A DNA stretch of 64,000 bases from positions 3,003,338 through 3,067,337 of the forward strand of contig OZ037772.1 in the NCBI GenBank assembly GCA_964035545.1. Reading direction: 5' to 3'. This stretch comes from Bugula neritina. Its lineage: Eukaryota; Animalia; Bryozoa. The position numbers and the translations under genes were made by a program. This document shows positions 62,174 to 64,000 of this stretch, piece by piece (the first letter of the stretch is position 1; each line of letters starts with the position of its first letter). The notes under the pieces were generated by a model, which was not told the DNA's origin, did no database searches, and saw only the letters and a program-made list of their open reading frames with translations.

Positions 62174-63018
62174 CTGCATTGGTTGCTATAAACAGTACAG
62201 AGCTACACGTATGAGATAAGAGTGGACTAACAGAGTAGTCTCTGAGAATATATACAAGGTATATGATCAGAGAGGAGATTATTCCAAAACAGCCAAAACT
62301 AGGTTGGTATGAAAATAATCCGACTTAATTAATGACTTTAGTAGTAAAACTACTGCTACTGTTGCAGACACACTCAGCTCTCATGTGCCTCACAGACGTC
62401 TCAGACATAAGGTAGTAAACTGCTTTAGTAATTGAATTTTTTGTAAAAAGGGTGACAAAAAACAGAAAAAGTAACCGAATACATTTACTTTTTTGTAGAC
62501 TGTAGGAGACGAAATCCTTGCACATGGAGAACATGGTACTGGAAGACATGAGCTTTGACCTTGACCTGCCTCTGACCTTCATAGATAGAGACTGTTGATT
62601 GGCTGAAGCAGAGTTGAAGACTAACTCCATAGAAGTGAGTTTATTCTCACAGCTAAGGATCTCGCTCAGACTGTCAATAGAGAAACACAGAGATAGAGCT
62701 GCTCTACTCATACGTGGTGGAAGTTGATAAATGTCAGGGTGGTGTGGGGGGGGGGGTGGGTGGGGTGGTGGAAAGCATGACTAGCAAGAGACTTAGCAAT
62801 TATAAACTGGAAAAAGCTCTCAAAAACACAATCAAAATAAGCATATAGACAAACTATACCCTTTCTCCTATAATATATATAAATTAAACACATAAACTAT
62901 AACTGCAGTCAGGAGAACATAACTCTGAAAATAAAACAATGAGCTGTGTAATTCTGTATGTTGATTTTCCAGGTAAAGCAGGTGTAGAGCTCAAAGGGTT
63001 ACCAAGTAACTGATATTA

Positions 63019-63583
63019 ACAGAGTAACATGAAGGTATATACAGAGTAACATGAAGATATATACAGAGTAACATGAAGGTATATACAGAGTAACATGAAG
63101 GTATATACAGAGTAACATGAAGGTATATACAGAGTAACATGAAGGTATATACAGAGTAACATGAAGGTATATACAGAGTAACAGGAAGGTATATACAGAG
63201 TAACATGAAGATATATACAGAGTAACATGAAGGTATATACAGAGTAACATGAAGGTATATACAGAGTAACACGAAGGTATATACAGAGTAACATGAAGGT
63301 ATATACAGAGTAACATGAAGGTATATACAGAGTAACATGAAGGTATATACAGAGTAACATGAAGGTATATACAGAGTAACATGAAGGTATATACAGAGTA
63401 ACATGAAGGTATATACAGAGTAACATGAAGGTATATACAGAGTAACATGAAGGTATATACAGAGTAACATGAAGGTATATACAGAGTAACATGAAGGTAT
63501 ATACAGAGTAGCATGAAGGTATATACAGAGTAACATGAAGATATATACAGAGTAACATGAAGGTATATACAGAGTAACAGGAA
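63019..63583. repeat. 22-bp minisatellite ACAGAGTAACATGAAGGTATAT, about 25 copies
   Basis: Visible array; explains the long minus-strand repetitive ORFs. Confidence 0.97.
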
Positions 63584-63805
63584 GGACACACTGGCCGGTC
63601 AGTACTTTATCTACATGAAATCCGCACAAGAGCCAAAGTTGGGGCTAGCATGTGTTCCTAGGCTTACTCTCCTAGATGCTACAAATGCTGTCACCGTGCC
63701 CACTCTTGCAGGTCAACATACAACCCAACAGGAAACTAAAGACAACAGAACGGGGCTGACAAACCAACCAATCAAATTATAAATAAAGAGGAACTCATGA
63801 CTCAC

Positions 63806-63875
63806 TCTGTCCAGACGGTGTCGGTAAATGAGGCCATCTTTGTTCACCCAAAACGTGTTGAATCCATCTTTTTTA
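63806..63875 (-). CDS. Exon of a DUF2358/C6orf136-like protein (rest outside the window, or a fragment)
   Basis: TTGTAG|..KKDGFNTFWVNKDGLIYRHRLDR|GTGAGT resembles the DUF2358 C-terminal motif D..STFY.N..GLI..HRLDK. Confidence 0.65.
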
Positions 63876-64000
63876 CTACAAAACAATCATGTGACCAGCA
63901 TCATGTGACCAACTCCATATTATTGCAGAAAGCAGTAGAAAGTGTTAAACTTGCGAAGTACAAGTAGCCATGTTGGAAGAATCTACTAGCAGAAAGGGAC

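Noticed and set aside
62991-63629. Three long minus-strand ORFs (191-212 aa)
   Set aside because: Artefact of a stop-free 22-bp tandem repeat; all three frames give the same cyclic peptide.

Overview
AT-rich eukaryotic (invertebrate-type) genomic DNA with GT-AG spliceosomal introns. There are no prokaryotic operons or CRISPR arrays. The window reads as a mosaic of decayed gene copies and transposon relics rather than a set of intact genes. Gene relics: (1) a Cys-rich + Gly-X-Y + COLFI fibrillar-collagen-like gene with stops and frameshifts (0.7-9.5 kb, +); (2) a PACT-domain coiled-coil gene fragment (10.5-12.1 kb, -); (3) the 3' exons of CLASP, with the last two exons repeated at 40.7-42.3 kb; (4) an intronless SPOP-like BTB fragment; (5) a DUF2358/C6orf136-like exon; (6) other unidentified exon chains. 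Mobile elements: an R4/Dong-type RLE non-LTR retrotransposon in a (TAA)n tract, a hAT MITE with an 8-bp TSD, a PIF/Harbinger MITE with a TTA TSD, the right end of an EnSpm/CACTA-like element carrying an in-frame spliced DUF4806-like ORF, Gypsy and Copia gag fragments, and a possible very old Helitron. The most unusual structures are an apparently perfect 972-bp-arm palindrome (51360-53346), a multi-kb domain with 6-bp periodicity whose motif keeps changing (about 24.5-33.6 kb), and minisatellites that start at or near intron donor sites. I see no intact novel multi-gene system. All homology calls are by eye from remembered family motifs and have not been checked by any search.
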